Notes: a model not told the origin generated them from the sequence alone. A stretch of 64,000 bases of DNA from Alphaproteobacteria bacterium (GCA_017466695.1 JAFTTR010000002.1:166832-230831); one strand, 5' to 3'; positions 8,589-20,405 are shown, counted from the stretch's first letter. A program made the numbers and translations.

Positions 8589-8930
8589 TTATTTTTTCAA
8601 CTCAAAAGGATTAAATACCCCTGCCGATAAGGCAATCAAGGCTTTTCGTGAATCATTAGGAGAAACTTTATTTTTCCTCTCAAATCCACATTTTTGACAT
8701 TTATGTAAAATAAATTCTGATCCATTTTTAATTTCATATCCAATGGCAAACATCACACCCTTACAAGTTGATGCTCTATCCCCTGGATTAATATCTACAT
8801 GCAGTGACGACAAACACTTCGGACAATGATTTGTGTATCCATTCCCCTTAATTAAATGACCACAAACAATACAAGTAAAGTCTTCTATTTTCTTTTCAAA
8901 AAGTTTTGACATTTTAATTCTCTTGCTCAA
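8589..8930 (-). CDS. RNHCP-domain zinc-ribbon protein
   Basis: 'CIVCGH..GYTNHCPKC...CQKCGF' fits the RNHCP domain pattern. It overlaps the 3' end of hflX by 17 nt, suggesting translational coupling. Confidence 0.5.
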   Translation of the reverse strand: MSKRIKMSKLFEKKIEDFTCIVCGHLIKGNGYTNHCPKCLSSLHVDINPGDRASTCKGVMFAIGYEIKNGSEFILHKCQKCGFERKNKVSPNDSRKALIALSAGVFNPFELKK

Positions 8931-10194
8931 TTTTTTTTATAAAAGGAGTGAAATAAAAAAGTTCGCTTTCTTTAATCTTCACTTCCAACTTAATCACTTT
9001 TTGCGTATCTTTTCTATTCAAGACTTGCGCTTTTTGATAAATTTGAGCCAACGCCTTACCTTCTGTCACAGGAATATGAAGAAGAACTGTTTTTGCATCC
9101 CTATTCAACGCTTTTTCAATACAGTTTAACAATTTTTCAAACCCCTCACCTGTATAAGCACAAATAGGACATTCTTTTTCACGCCTTGTCTTTTGCTCCA
9201 AAATCATACGTCTATCATCTTCCTCAAATAAATCTATCTTATTCAAGGCTTCAATTAGCCCATCATCCACCATTTCCTTGAGTCCTAAATCAGACAAAAC
9301 ATTTTCCACATCAATTCGTTGGGCTCTTGAATCTTCATGATAGTAATCTCTAACATGAACAACAACATCAGCGTCTAAAACTTCTTCAAGTGTCGCCCTA
9401 AAGGCCATAACTAATTCTGTTGGTAAATCTGAAATAAAACCCACCGTATCAGACAAGATAACTTCTTGCCCTGAAGGCAATTTAATTCGGCGCATAGTTG
9501 GATCTAAAGTGGCAAACAACATATCTTTTGCCATGACATCAGCATGTGTTAATTTGTTAAAAAGAGTTGATTTACCAGCGTTTGTGTATCCAACCAATGC
9601 TACAACTGGGAATGGAATTTTCTTTCTTGCTGCTCGGTGAAGATGTCTTGTTTTTTTCACATCCTCTAATTCTTTTTTAATTTTGATAATATCTTCATCA
9701 ATCAAACGCCTGTCCAGTTCAATCTGCGTTTCACCAGGACCACCTAAAAAGCCAGATCCCCCTCTTTGTCTTTCCAAGTGGGTCCACGACCTCACAAGTC
9801 TTGATCTGGCATATGTTAAATGCGCCAATTCAACTTGTAAAACACCTTCACGTGTCCGAGCTCTTTTACCAAAAATTTCTAAAATAAGAGCTGTTTTATC
9901 AATAACCTTTGTATTCCACGCTTTTTCTAAATTGCGCTGTTGTAACGGCGACAACGGACACGCCATAATCACAACTTCAATATCATTTTCTTTAATTAAA
10001 GGGGCATAATTTTCAATCGTGCCTTTTCCTATAAAAGCATTTGCTTTAATAGCACTTAAAGGAACCAATGCACTTTTAATCACATTCAAATCAATTGCCT
10101 TTGTTAAAGAAGTTACCTCCTCCAAACGTGACAAAGGCGTTCTCATATCACTTTCATTTTTTAAATACGGCAACAAAACCAAGGTATTTGTCAA
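8914..10194 (-). CDS. hflX: GTPase HflX
   Basis: HflX N-domain ('ILEIFGKRARTREGVLQVELAHLTY') and G-domain ('GYTNAGKSTLFNKLT', 'DTVGF'). Confidence 0.9.
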   Translation of the reverse strand: MTNTLVLLPYLKNESDMRTPLSRLEEVTSLTKAIDLNVIKSALVPLSAIKANAFIGKGTIENYAPLIKENDIEVVIMACPLSPLQQRNLEKAWNTKVIDKTALILEIFGKRARTREGVLQVELAHLTYARSRLVRSWTHLERQRGGSGFLGGPGETQIELDRRLIDEDIIKIKKELEDVKKTRHLHRAARKKIPFPVVALVGYTNAGKSTLFNKLTHADVMAKDMLFATLDPTMRRIKLPSGQEVILSDTVGFISDLPTELVMAFRATLEEVLDADVVVHVRDYYHEDSRAQRIDVENVLSDLGLKEMVDDGLIEALNKIDLFEEDDRRMILEQKTRREKECPICAYTGEGFEKLLNCIEKALNRDAKTVLLHIPVTEGKALAQIYQKAQVLNRKDTQKVIKLEVKIKESELFYFTPFIKKIEQEN

Positions 10195-10206
10195 AAAAAC
10201 TTACTC

Positions 10207-10938
10207 CTATACAATTTTCCAACAAGCCTCAACAAGAGCAAATTCAACCTCTTTTGTTGGGCTTGAAATTAAATGATAGGTCGAAGTATCCTCTATTTTT
10301 GAAAAAATTGCAACCTCATTTTCTAAAAGAGCCCCTGTTTTAAACTGAATTTTTAATTCTTTTAACTGATGGGTATTTAAAAAATCATCATCCAATCCAT
10401 CTAAAATCCAAGCAGGATAAACAGCATTATTTACATGCTGATTGATATCAATATCATCTTTTCGAACCTGTAACAAAACAGCGTTATCCAACTCTTGAGG
10501 CAAAACAACTTTTTTAAATTCAGCATCAATCGCCTTTTTTTTAATCAATGTTTCATCTGACAAATACTTTTGCACAATAACAGGGCGTTTTTTATTCAAA
10601 TCAATAAGAGCCCAATTGCTGTAGGCAGCAACCAAGACATTCCCTTCTAAATCTTTAAGTTCAAAATCACGTCTTGCTGTCATCAGTTGAGAACCAGCAT
10701 GCCATGTTTCAAGAACAAACTCTTCATCTCTTTGAGGTAATCTGTTTATAACTAAATGATAACCTGTTCCAACCCATGTCATTTGATTTTGAAGACAAAA
10801 ACTATATCCAAAACCAAATTTTTCAGCATGCAAATCAGCCATATCTTGAAACAAATTAAATAATGAACGCAATCGCATTTGATTAAATTTATCACATTCA
10901 GCACTGCGCAGACGATACTTATTTTCAAATTTATACAT
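10207..10938 (-). CDS. Acyl-ACP thioesterase family protein
   Basis: 243 aa. The double hot-dog pattern is typical of the FatA/B-like acyl-ACP thioesterase family. Confidence 0.5.
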   Translation of the reverse strand: MYKFENKYRLRSAECDKFNQMRLRSLFNLFQDMADLHAEKFGFGYSFCLQNQMTWVGTGYHLVINRLPQRDEEFVLETWHAGSQLMTARRDFELKDLEGNVLVAAYSNWALIDLNKKRPVIVQKYLSDETLIKKKAIDAEFKKVVLPQELDNAVLLQVRKDDIDINQHVNNAVYPAWILDGLDDDFLNTHQLKELKIQFKTGALLENEVAIFSKIEDTSTYHLISSPTKEVEFALVEACWKIV

Positions 10939-10940
10939 CT

Positions 10941-13142
10941 TTAACTTTCAATTCTTTCTTCTTTTAAAATATCCTTAATTTCAAGCAATCGTTTATCTTT
11001 GAGCATATTTTCAACACTCACAGGTAATTTATAGCGCCAATTGGGATATTCCATATATGTCCCAGGCAAATTAAATTGCTGCTCCATTTCAAAAACATCT
11101 TCTGGACGAACCAATAAAATTTTGCTTTTTGTTTTTGCCAAATATTTATAAATATATGGGATAAACCAAACAGGCACTTCTTTTAATTTTAAATATGCCT
11201 CATTGGATAAAGAAACACTATATCCCTGCCTTTTAAATGCTTCAATAAAAGCAAGTTTTTCTTTCTTTCGATTTTGTTTATGCTCTTGATACTGCTCTAA
11301 AGAAATGGTCTTTTTTTCAAGTCCTAAATCCAAATCTAATTCTTTAAAAAAACCAGTATAAGAAGGTAAGTCATGTGTTCCTGTTGCAATCAATGAACAA
11401 GGGGCATACATCTGAGGCACCAACAATCCCTGCCAATCTTGTTGATAATGCATAATCTTAAATGAAAAAGCATTCAACTTAATCATCTCATCTGAAAAAC
11501 CATCTGGTGCTGTTCCTAAATCCTCATCAATCACAACCGTTTTATTTAAATGACTTTCTAAAGCCATAATCCCCGTTAATTCTTTAAAGGGATATTTCAA
11601 ATAAGCACCTGTGGCTCCTTGCACTCTCAAATAAAGACGCATCAATCCAAAAGCATGGTCAATGCGAACAGCCCCTGCCCCTTTCATTGCACTTCTTATA
11701 ACATCAATGAAGGCTTTAAACCCTGTTTTTTTAAGAACTCTTGGATTAAAAGGCGCCAAAGACCAATCTTGTCCATTTAAATTAAACGTATCTGGGGGCG
11801 CACCAGTTGTTACCCCTTGCATAAAGACTTCTTGATTAGACCAAACTTCAGCACTATTGTCACTCACCCCAACGGGCATATCCGTATATAGACCCAAAGG
11901 TAGTTTTTCAATTTTTTTCAACACACTTTGAAATTGCTCAAAGGCAACAAATTGTTGATAACAGATACGTAAAATTGACATTTCATTGTTTTTAACAAAC
12001 TCTCTTAATTCTTGAGACTTAGGGTGTTGATGAGATTTTTGCCATTCTCGCCACATCATGGATTTTTTTGTTTTTGAAGCAACATTTCTGAGCGTTTGGA
12101 AAAGAGCAAAATTTTCAAGTGCTTTTCCTTTTTCTTTGATAAAAGCTTCAAAATCTCTCCCTCTTTTTGTTTTGGCAACACCTTCATCATCAAAGTGCAT
12201 TTCTCTAAATTTTTTAAACAAAATTTTAAAAGCTTGTTTTTTAATTGCAGAAACCTTCTTGTAATCCACCAAGTCCCCTTCTCTTGCTTTAAAAAGATGC
12301 TCCTTAAAAATAGGACATTCTTTAAGTTCTTGAAACTCAACATTGTCCTTTGCTTCGCTCACAGCTTCCATATCCACATACAAAGGATTCAAGAATAATC
12401 TAGAACAAGGAAAATAAGGACTGGCATCATCTGGGTTATCTTGAAACAACGCCGTCAACGGATTAACACCTATAAATGAAGCCCCTGTTTTTGAAGCCAC
12501 ATCAACCATTTTTTTTAAATCTGTATAATCTCCAATTCCCCAATTTGTTGTTGATTTCAAGGAATAAAGTTGAATAGGATACCCAAATACCTTTTTTTCT
12601 CCTGCTAAAACATCAGGCATATAGCACTTATCTGGTACAATTATTAATGAAGCCGTTTCTTCCCTATTTTTACCTTTTAAAGAAACTTTTAACTCATGAT
12701 AACCCATTTCCATTTCAAGAGCTAAACATAATTGTCTGACTTGATAAACCTTATTTCCAACAACTTCTTCAGTTATAACTTCCAGCAAATTTAAGGAAAC
12801 CTCATCTTCAAACTCTTCCCCCTCTTGGGTTTTAATTTGCCAAATTAAAGAGGTATCGGCCTCTTCTTTTAACAAACGAACATCGATCTCCAAATGCGCT
12901 TGTTCGCTTTGTCTAATCAAAATTGTTTTATCAATCAGCGTTTCATACTGTTCTTTTTTCAACTTTAAAAATGAAGCCTCAATCTCTTGATCCCTATCAG
13001 CATTAAAACCCAAACTTTTTAAAATCGCTTGCTTTGATTTATCATCTGCCTTATAAGTAATGTTTGTTGTTCTATCAACAAATGAGGGTAAAATCCCAAT
13101 TTTTTGAGCAAGTTCATCTAACCTATCTGGATTATATGTCAT
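10941..13142 (-). CDS. malQ: 4-alpha-glucanotransferase (amylomaltase)
   Basis: 'NWGIGDYTDLKKMVD' GH77 signature in a 733-aa protein. Clustered with glgX and glgB. Confidence 0.85.
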   Translation of the reverse strand: MTYNPDRLDELAQKIGILPSFVDRTTNITYKADDKSKQAILKSLGFNADRDQEIEASFLKLKKEQYETLIDKTILIRQSEQAHLEIDVRLLKEEADTSLIWQIKTQEGEEFEDEVSLNLLEVITEEVVGNKVYQVRQLCLALEMEMGYHELKVSLKGKNREETASLIIVPDKCYMPDVLAGEKKVFGYPIQLYSLKSTTNWGIGDYTDLKKMVDVASKTGASFIGVNPLTALFQDNPDDASPYFPCSRLFLNPLYVDMEAVSEAKDNVEFQELKECPIFKEHLFKAREGDLVDYKKVSAIKKQAFKILFKKFREMHFDDEGVAKTKRGRDFEAFIKEKGKALENFALFQTLRNVASKTKKSMMWREWQKSHQHPKSQELREFVKNNEMSILRICYQQFVAFEQFQSVLKKIEKLPLGLYTDMPVGVSDNSAEVWSNQEVFMQGVTTGAPPDTFNLNGQDWSLAPFNPRVLKKTGFKAFIDVIRSAMKGAGAVRIDHAFGLMRLYLRVQGATGAYLKYPFKELTGIMALESHLNKTVVIDEDLGTAPDGFSDEMIKLNAFSFKIMHYQQDWQGLLVPQMYAPCSLIATGTHDLPSYTGFFKELDLDLGLEKKTISLEQYQEHKQNRKKEKLAFIEAFKRQGYSVSLSNEAYLKLKEVPVWFIPYIYKYLAKTKSKILLVRPEDVFEMEQQFNLPGTYMEYPNWRYKLPVSVENMLKDKRLLEIKDILKEERIES

Positions 13143-13144
13143 TT

Positions 13145-15190
13145 TTAACCCCTTTCCCTTTCAAAAACAACAACACTAAATGGTGGCACTTTAAGCGTTT
13201 TCATTTTTTGTTTTTTCAAAGACTTCACTGTTGAAAAAACAAGTCTCCATTCAAAATCTCGCGCAGGCAATGTCCATTTTATCGCTTCATTATGTGCATT
13301 AAAAACAAAAAATAACCTATTGGAATTTTTTGTGTTTTTAATTAAGCAAGAAAGTGCTTTAACATAAAAATGCCAATCATTTTTTGCCATAGGTTTGCCA
13401 TCAGGTTTATACCAAGTACACACCTCTTCTGTGAAAAAATTACTATGTTCCATAATAGGCCTTGAAGCTCGAAAAGCCATTAATTCTTTGACCATTTGGA
13501 GCATTTCTTTGCCTTGAGGTTTAATATGCGCCCAATCTATCCAAGAATACTCATTGTCTTGTGAATACGTATTGTTATTACCCTTTTGCGTTGCCATAAT
13601 CTCATCACCGGAACGGATCATTGGCGTTCCAAAAGAAAGGAGTAATGTTGCCATTAAGGATTTAGCACGATCCATTCGATTTTTTAAAATAGCTTCATCC
13701 GTTGTTTCCCCTTCCACACCTCCATTGTAAGAGAGGTTATGGTCCGTTCCATCCTTATTATTTTCACCATTGGCTTCGTTATGCTTGTGATTATATGAAA
13801 CCAAATCATTGAGTGTAAATCCATCATGCGCCGTAATAAAATTCACAGACTCCCAAGGACGCCGGCCACGGTATTGATAAACATCAGAAGAGGCCATTAA
13901 ACGGGAAGCAAAATCCCCTGCTTGACCTTCATCCCCTCGCCAAAAACGGCGCATTGTATCTCTGAATTTATCATTCCACTCAGCCCATCCAGGTCTAAAA
14001 AAGCCCACTTGATAGCCCCCATAACCCAAATCCCAAGGTTCAGCAATTAACTTCAAACGTTGTAATGTGGGGTCTTGTTGAACAGTTGATAAAAAGGCAC
14101 TTTTAATACCATACTGATTATTTTCATCTCGTGCCAACGTGGTGGCTAAATCAAATCTAAATCCGTCAATTTGAATTTGATTTGCCCAGTACCTTAAAGA
14201 ATCCATCACCAATTGCAACACACGAGGGTGCCCTAAATTAAATGAAGCTCCACACCCTGTTGTATCATCATAATAACGTTTATTTTCTTTATTCAACCGA
14301 TAATAAACGCCATTATCTATCCCACGATAACAAAGCGTTTGCCCCATTTGGTTGCCTTCGCCTGTGTGATTATAAACAACATCTAAAATCACCTCAACAC
14401 CTGCTTCATGGAACACACGAACCATATGCTTTAATTCATCCAAATTTGTTTTTGATGATAAATATGAAGCTTGTGGAGCCATAAAGGCAATTGGATCATA
14501 GCCCCAATAATTGGTTAACCCAAGGTCTTTCAAAAACCCACTGTTCATAAACGAAGCAACTGGCAATAATTCAACAGCACGAACACCTAAAGACTTTATA
14601 TATTCCACCACTTTTTTGCTAGCCATACCCTTAAAAGTGCCTCGTAATTTTGCGTCAACTTCAGGATTTAAAGCCGTAAAACTCTTCACATGCGTTTCAT
14701 AAATAATTTCTTCTGTCCAAGGAACTTTGGGTTTTTGAACTCCTTTCCAATCAAAAGCATGCTCATCTGTGATAATTGCTTTTGGAACGTAAGGAGCCGA
14801 ATCTGTTTGAGAAAATGATAAATCTTCCTTTTTTGAAAAAGCTTGATACCCAAGCATCGCATTATGAGCTGAAATAGTCCCAGTTAAAAGCTTAGCATAA
14901 GGATCAATCAATAATTTATGTGGATTAAAACGAAGACCTTTTTCCGGCTCATAAGGACCATAAACACGATAGCCATATAATTGTCCAGGTTTTAAATTTT
15001 CAACATATCCGTGAAAAACCTCATCCGTATATTCTGGAAGAACAATTCTTTCTTCATTTTTCCCATTTATATCGAAAAGACATAATTCAACTTTTGTTGC
15101 TGTTGATGAAAACAAAGCAAAATTAACCCCTCGTCCATCATATGTAGCCCCTAGTGGATAAGGTTCTCCTTTTAAGACAATACGGCTCAT
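13145..15190 (-). CDS. glgX: Glycogen debranching enzyme
   Basis: GH13 motifs ('GFRFDLA', 'VVYNHTGEGN', 'EPWDLG') and an isoamylase-type N-terminus. Confidence 0.85.
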   Translation of the reverse strand: MSRIVLKGEPYPLGATYDGRGVNFALFSSTATKVELCLFDINGKNEERIVLPEYTDEVFHGYVENLKPGQLYGYRVYGPYEPEKGLRFNPHKLLIDPYAKLLTGTISAHNAMLGYQAFSKKEDLSFSQTDSAPYVPKAIITDEHAFDWKGVQKPKVPWTEEIIYETHVKSFTALNPEVDAKLRGTFKGMASKKVVEYIKSLGVRAVELLPVASFMNSGFLKDLGLTNYWGYDPIAFMAPQASYLSSKTNLDELKHMVRVFHEAGVEVILDVVYNHTGEGNQMGQTLCYRGIDNGVYYRLNKENKRYYDDTTGCGASFNLGHPRVLQLVMDSLRYWANQIQIDGFRFDLATTLARDENNQYGIKSAFLSTVQQDPTLQRLKLIAEPWDLGYGGYQVGFFRPGWAEWNDKFRDTMRRFWRGDEGQAGDFASRLMASSDVYQYRGRRPWESVNFITAHDGFTLNDLVSYNHKHNEANGENNKDGTDHNLSYNGGVEGETTDEAILKNRMDRAKSLMATLLLSFGTPMIRSGDEIMATQKGNNNTYSQDNEYSWIDWAHIKPQGKEMLQMVKELMAFRASRPIMEHSNFFTEEVCTWYKPDGKPMAKNDWHFYVKALSCLIKNTKNSNRLFFVFNAHNEAIKWTLPARDFEWRLVFSTVKSLKKQKMKTLKVPPFSVVVFERERG

Positions 15191-15206
15191 AACTTATCCT
15201 TTCAAT

Positions 15207-17423
15207 TTATTTTTTCTTTTTTAATTGATAGACAACTGTAGCCAATGGTGGTAAATGAATTTTCAATGCATAAGGTTTAAAGTTCCATCCCTCACCTGTT
15301 TCAATTTCCCCTTTATTTTCAATTCCTGACCCAAAAAATTCACGAGAATCAGAATTTAAAACTTCCTCATAAACACCAGCTTCATTCACACCAATTTTAT
15401 AATTTTCCCTTGGGACAGGAGTGAAGTTGCAAGCAACAATTAAACTATTTCCCTTTTTATCCTTTCTCATAAATGAAAAACAAGAGTTATTTGCATCTGA
15501 ACCATCAATCCACTCAAAGCCTGCGCTCTCAAAATCATAATCAGATAATTCTTTATGAGAAATATAAAAATTATTCAATGTCTTAACAAAGCGTTGCAAA
15601 GCTTTATGACTTTCATTCATCGTCAAACCCCAGTCCAAACTATCAGCATAATTCCACTCTCTTTGAACACCTAACTCATTCCCCATGAATAAGAGCTTTT
15701 TCCCAGGATGCATGAACATATAAGCATAATAAAGCCTTAAATTTGCCATTTTTTGCCAATGATCACCAGGAACTTTATCATACATAGGACCTTTTCCATG
15801 AACAACTTCATCATGTGAAATAGGAAGCGTGAAATTTTCATTAAAGGCATAAAGCATTGAGAATGTTAATTCATTATGGTGGTATTGTCTATAAATTGAA
15901 TCATACCCAATGTATCTCAGTGTATCATGCATCCAACCCATATTCCATTTATAACCAAACCCTAACCCTCCGATATATGTTGGTTTTGAAACCATTGGCC
16001 ACGCTGTTGATTCTTCTGCAAATGTTGTATACCCAGCATTTTCACCATAAACAAGCTCATTGAGTTTTCGAAGGAAGTTAATCGCATCAATATTTTCTCT
16101 TCCCCCATAACGGTTTGGAATCCACTCCCCTTCTTTTCTTGAGTAATCAAGATAGAGCATACTGGCAACAGCATCCACTCTCAAGGCATCAATATGATAC
16201 TCCCTAAGCCAAAATAATGCGTTCGCATGCAAAAAGTTAGAGACCTCATTTCTTGAATAATTATAGATCTTTGTCCCCCAATCTTTATGTTCTCCTTGAC
16301 GAGGGTCAGCATGTTCATAAAGCGCCGTTCCATCAAATTCGCACAATCCAAATGCATCTTTAGGAAAATGCGCAGGCACCCAATCCATAATCACCCCTAT
16401 TCCAGCCTGATGTAACTTGTCAATCATATACTTAAAATCATCAGGAGAGCCATACCTACTCGTTGGCGCATACATACCTGTTACTTGATATCCCCAAGAA
16501 CCATCAAATGGATATTCTGAAAGAGGCAAAAGTTCCACATGCGTAAAGCCCATTTCTTTGACATAAGCTGGCAATTCTTCTGCCATTTCACGATATGTTA
16601 ACCAGCGATTTTCTTCCATAGAATTACGTCGCCAAGACCCTAAATGGACCTCATAAATTGAAATAGGTGCATCCAAGGCATTTGCGCTATATCTTTTTGT
16701 AGCACACCACTCTTTATCATTCCATTCATATTTTTTAGAATTAAACACAAGAGTCCCTGTTTTAGGACGCATTTCAAAAGCTTTTCCATAAGGGTCAATT
16801 TTCAACGGCAATAAATCCCCATTAGCACCAATAATTTCATATTTATAAATTGTCCATTCTGGCAAGTGTGGAATGAAAATTTCCCACACACCCGAAGAAC
16901 CACGAGGACGCATCATATGTCTGCGACCATCCCAATCATTAAAATTACCGACAACACTTACCCGTTTTGCATTTGGCGCCCAAACTGCAAAACTTACACC
17001 CGAAACACCTTGATGTGTTATAAGCTGAGAGCCTAATTTTTCATAAATATCCTTGTGGTTCCCTTCATTAAACAAATATAAATCCATATCCCCTAACACA
17101 GGCCAGAAACGATAGGCATCTTCCGTTTCATAAGTTTCACCACTATAAAGTGTAATTTTAAAATAATAAGCAAAAAATTATGTTTCATCAGGAAATGCCA
17201 TTTCAAACAAACCATTTTGATGAATTTTTTTCATCTCAACAACTTCTTTTGTCTCAACACGAACAAGTTCCACTTTCTTTGCTTGTGGTTGGAATGTGCG
17301 AACATATAAAAATGGTGTTAAAATGTTTTTTGAACAAAGGTGCATACCAAGAATGGAAAAAGGATCACCTTGAAAATGTCCAGAACATAACGCATTCATT
17401 TCATCTGATGTCATAAAATTCAT
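15207..17423 (-). pseudogene. glgB: 1,4-alpha-glucan branching enzyme GlgB interrupted by a single in-frame TAA (at 17178-17180)
   Basis: The 81-aa ORF at 17178-17423 matches the GlgB N-terminus ('MNALCSGHFQGDPFSILGMH' vs E. coli 'INALIAGHFADPFSVLGMH'). The 630-aa ORF at 15207-17099 is the remainder. Both are in the same frame (end coordinates mod 3 = 2). The 78 nt between them translate without stops into '[26 protein letters not shown]', matching GlgB 'DPYRFGP'. Confidence 0.8.
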
Positions 17424-17687
17424 TTTAGTCCCCTATTTTTGTTATAAATTACTTTTATATAACATTGTTTTTTCAAAAAAGAAAAGCAAAAAGATGTGTT
17501 TTTTTTATTTTATTATAACTCTTTTAATAAGTCATTCACAAATATATACTTTTTCAAACATAAAAAAATCTCTTGCATTCCCTTAAAAAAAGTGTTAAAC
17601 ATTTGGCGAATAAAAATCAGAATGGGTTCCATAACTTAAATATTTAAGATATGGTTTTTAATTAACTAACAAGCAAAGGAAAAACTA

Positions 17688-20354
17688 ATGACAAAATGGG
17701 TTTATACTTTTGGTGATGGCGTTGCAGAAGGCGATGCTTCAATGAAAAACTTGTTGGGTGGTAAAGGTGCTAACTTGGCTGAAATGAGCCGTGTTGGTGT
17801 TCCTGTTCCTCCAGGTTTTACAATCACAACAGAAGTTTGTACATATTATTACGCAAACAATCATTCTTATCCAACAGAATTAAAAGATCAAGTTTTAGCA
17901 GCACTTGCTGGCATTGAATCAAAAATGGGCAGCAAATTTGGTGATCCTAAAAACCCACTTTTATTCTCCGTTCGTTCAGGTGCTCGTGTTTCTATGCCTG
18001 GTATGATGGATACAGTTTTAAACCTTGGTTTAAATGATGAAACAGTTGTTGGTTTAGCTGAACGTTCAGGCAATGCAAAATTTGCTTATGACAGCTATCG
18101 CCGTTTCATTCAAATGTACGCTGACGTTGTTATGGGTGTTCACAGCTCAAAATTTGAAGCTGTTTTAGACCGTGTTCGTGAAGAAAACGGCTATCAATTT
18201 GACAACCAAATGACAGTTGAACAATTAAAAGAAGTTATTAAAGAATACAAAGAAATCTGTGTCAATGATGGTCACCCTCTTCCACAAGATCCATTTGAAC
18301 AACTTTGGGGTGGTATCGGCGCTGTGTTCTCTTCTTGGATGGTTGACCGTGCTATCTACTACCGTAAACTGAACAACATCCCAGGTGATTGGGGTACAGC
18401 TGTTAACGTTCAAACAATGGTTTTCGGTAACTATGGTGATACATCAGCTACAGGTGTTTGCTTCTCACGTGACCCAGCAACTGGTGAAAACTATTTCTAT
18501 GGTGAATATCTTAAAAATGCTCAAGGTGAAGACGTTGTTGCTGGTATTCGTACACCACAACCAATGACAAAACTTGTTAAAGAACGTTCTGGCACTGATT
18601 TACCATGTATGGAAGAAGAATTCCCTGTTGTTTACAAAGAATTATCTGACATTCGTGCAAAATTAGAAGCTCACTACAAAGATATGCAAGATATGGAATT
18701 TACAATCCAAGATGGTAAACTTTGGATGCTTCAAACACGTAATGGTAAAAGAACAGGTACAGCTGCTCTTCGTATCGCTGTTGAAATGGTTAACGAAGGC
18801 TTAATTGACAAGAAAACAGCTGTTATGCGTGTTGAAGCTGCTCAATTAGACCAACTTTTGCACCCAATGTTTGATAAATCAGAAAAACGCACTGTTTTAA
18901 CAAGTGGTTTACCTGCATCTCCTGGTGCTGCTGTTGGTGAAGCTGTTTTCTCAGCTGAAGATGCTGAAAAAGCTGCTGCAGAAGGTCGCAAAGTTATTTT
19001 AGTTCGTATTGAAACATCTCCTGAAGATATTGCAGGTATGCACGTTTCTCAAGGTATTTTAACAGCTCGTGGTGGTATGACAAGTCACGCTGCTGTGGTT
19101 GCTCGTGGTATGGGTAAACCTTGTGTTTCTGGTGTTTCAGCTCTTCGCATTGATTATGATGCAAAAACTCTCACTGTTGGTAACACTGTTATTAAAGAAG
19201 GTGAAATGCTTTCAATTGACGGTACAACAGGTGAAGTTATGGCTGGTGCATTGAAACTCGTTCTCCCAGAAATGACTGGTAACTTTGGTGAATTTATGTC
19301 TTGGGTTGATGAAATCCGTACACTTGGCGTTCGTACAAATGCTGAAACACCATTAGATGCTAAAACAGCTCGTGATTTTGGTGCAGAAGGTATTGGTCTT
19401 TGCCGTACAGAACACATGTTCTTTGACCCAGCTCGTATTAACCACATGCGTCAAATGATCTTGTCTGACACAGTTGATGCAAGAAGAGCAGCTCTTGCAA
19501 AACTCTTGCCTTACCAACGTCAAGACTTCACAGATCTTTTCACAATTATGGAAGGTCTTCCAGTAACAATTCGTTTCTTAGACCCACCATTGCATGAGTT
19601 CTTACCAAACAAAAAAGAAGAACAAGCTGAAATTGCTCGTGAATTAGGTGTCAGCGTTGAAGAAATCGCAGCACGTACAGCTAAATTACACGAAGCTAAC
19701 CCAATGCTTGGTCACCGTGGTTGCCGTTTAGGTGTTACATACCCTGAAATCAACGAAATGCAAGCACGTGCTGTTTTCGAAGCTGCAGTTGAAGTTATGA
19801 ACAAAACAGGTCGCACAATCGTTCCTGAAATCATGATTCCTCTTGTCGGTACGAAAAAAGAATTAGATCTTGCTAAAGCAGTTGTTGTTGCTGTTGCTGA
19901 TGCAGTTATGGCTGAAAAAGGCGTTAAATTTGAATACCATGTTGGTACAATGATTGAATTGCCTCGTGCAGCTATCACAGCTGACAAAATTGCAGAATCT
20001 GCAGAATTCTTCAGCTTTGGTACAAACGACTTAACTCAAACAACATTGGGTATGAGCCGTGATGACGCTGGTTCATTCTTACCAGAATACGTACAAAAAG
20101 GCATCTACGCTCGTGATCCATTTGCATCACTTGACCAAGAAGGTGTTGGCGCTTTGGTTGACATTGCTGTTACAAAAGGTAAAGCAACTCGTCCAAACAT
20201 CAAACTTGGTATCTGTGGTGAACATGGTGGTGATCCAGAAACAATTGATTTCTGTCACAGAGTTGGCTTGACATATGTGTCTTGCTCACCATACCGTGTG
20301 CCAATCGCACGTTTGGCAGCTGCTCAAGCAGCCGTTCGTAACGAAAAGAAATAA
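17688..20354 (+). CDS. ppdK: Pyruvate, phosphate dikinase
   Basis: 888 aa. '[10 protein letters not shown]' ATP-grasp N-terminus, a His-domain '[15 protein letters not shown]', and a PEP-utilising C-terminus 'CGEHGGDP'. Confidence 0.95.
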   Translation: MTKWVYTFGDGVAEGDASMKNLLGGKGANLAEMSRVGVPVPPGFTITTEVCTYYYANNHSYPTELKDQVLAALAGIESKMGSKFGDPKNPLLFSVRSGARVSMPGMMDTVLNLGLNDETVVGLAERSGNAKFAYDSYRRFIQMYADVVMGVHSSKFEAVLDRVREENGYQFDNQMTVEQLKEVIKEYKEICVNDGHPLPQDPFEQLWGGIGAVFSSWMVDRAIYYRKLNNIPGDWGTAVNVQTMVFGNYGDTSATGVCFSRDPATGENYFYGEYLKNAQGEDVVAGIRTPQPMTKLVKERSGTDLPCMEEEFPVVYKELSDIRAKLEAHYKDMQDMEFTIQDGKLWMLQTRNGKRTGTAALRIAVEMVNEGLIDKKTAVMRVEAAQLDQLLHPMFDKSEKRTVLTSGLPASPGAAVGEAVFSAEDAEKAAAEGRKVILVRIETSPEDIAGMHVSQGILTARGGMTSHAAVVARGMGKPCVSGVSALRIDYDAKTLTVGNTVIKEGEMLSIDGTTGEVMAGALKLVLPEMTGNFGEFMSWVDEIRTLGVRTNAETPLDAKTARDFGAEGIGLCRTEHMFFDPARINHMRQMILSDTVDARRAALAKLLPYQRQDFTDLFTIMEGLPVTIRFLDPPLHEFLPNKKEEQAEIARELGVSVEEIAARTAKLHEANPMLGHRGCRLGVTYPEINEMQARAVFEAAVEVMNKTGRTIVPEIMIPLVGTKKELDLAKAVVVAVADAVMAEKGVKFEYHVGTMIELPRAAITADKIAESAEFFSFGTNDLTQTTLGMSRDDAGSFLPEYVQKGIYARDPFASLDQEGVGALVDIAVTKGKATRPNIKLGICGEHGGDPETIDFCHRVGLTYVSCSPYRVPIARLAAAQAAVRNEKK

Positions 20355-20372
20355 GATTAACTTAATTCTTTT

Positions 20373-20405
20373 AATCCCCTGCCCTTTGGTGGGGGATTTT
20401 TTTAT
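20373..20405. terminator. Rho-independent terminator of ppdK
   Basis: aatcccc..ggggatt hairpin plus a T7 run. Confidence 0.6.
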
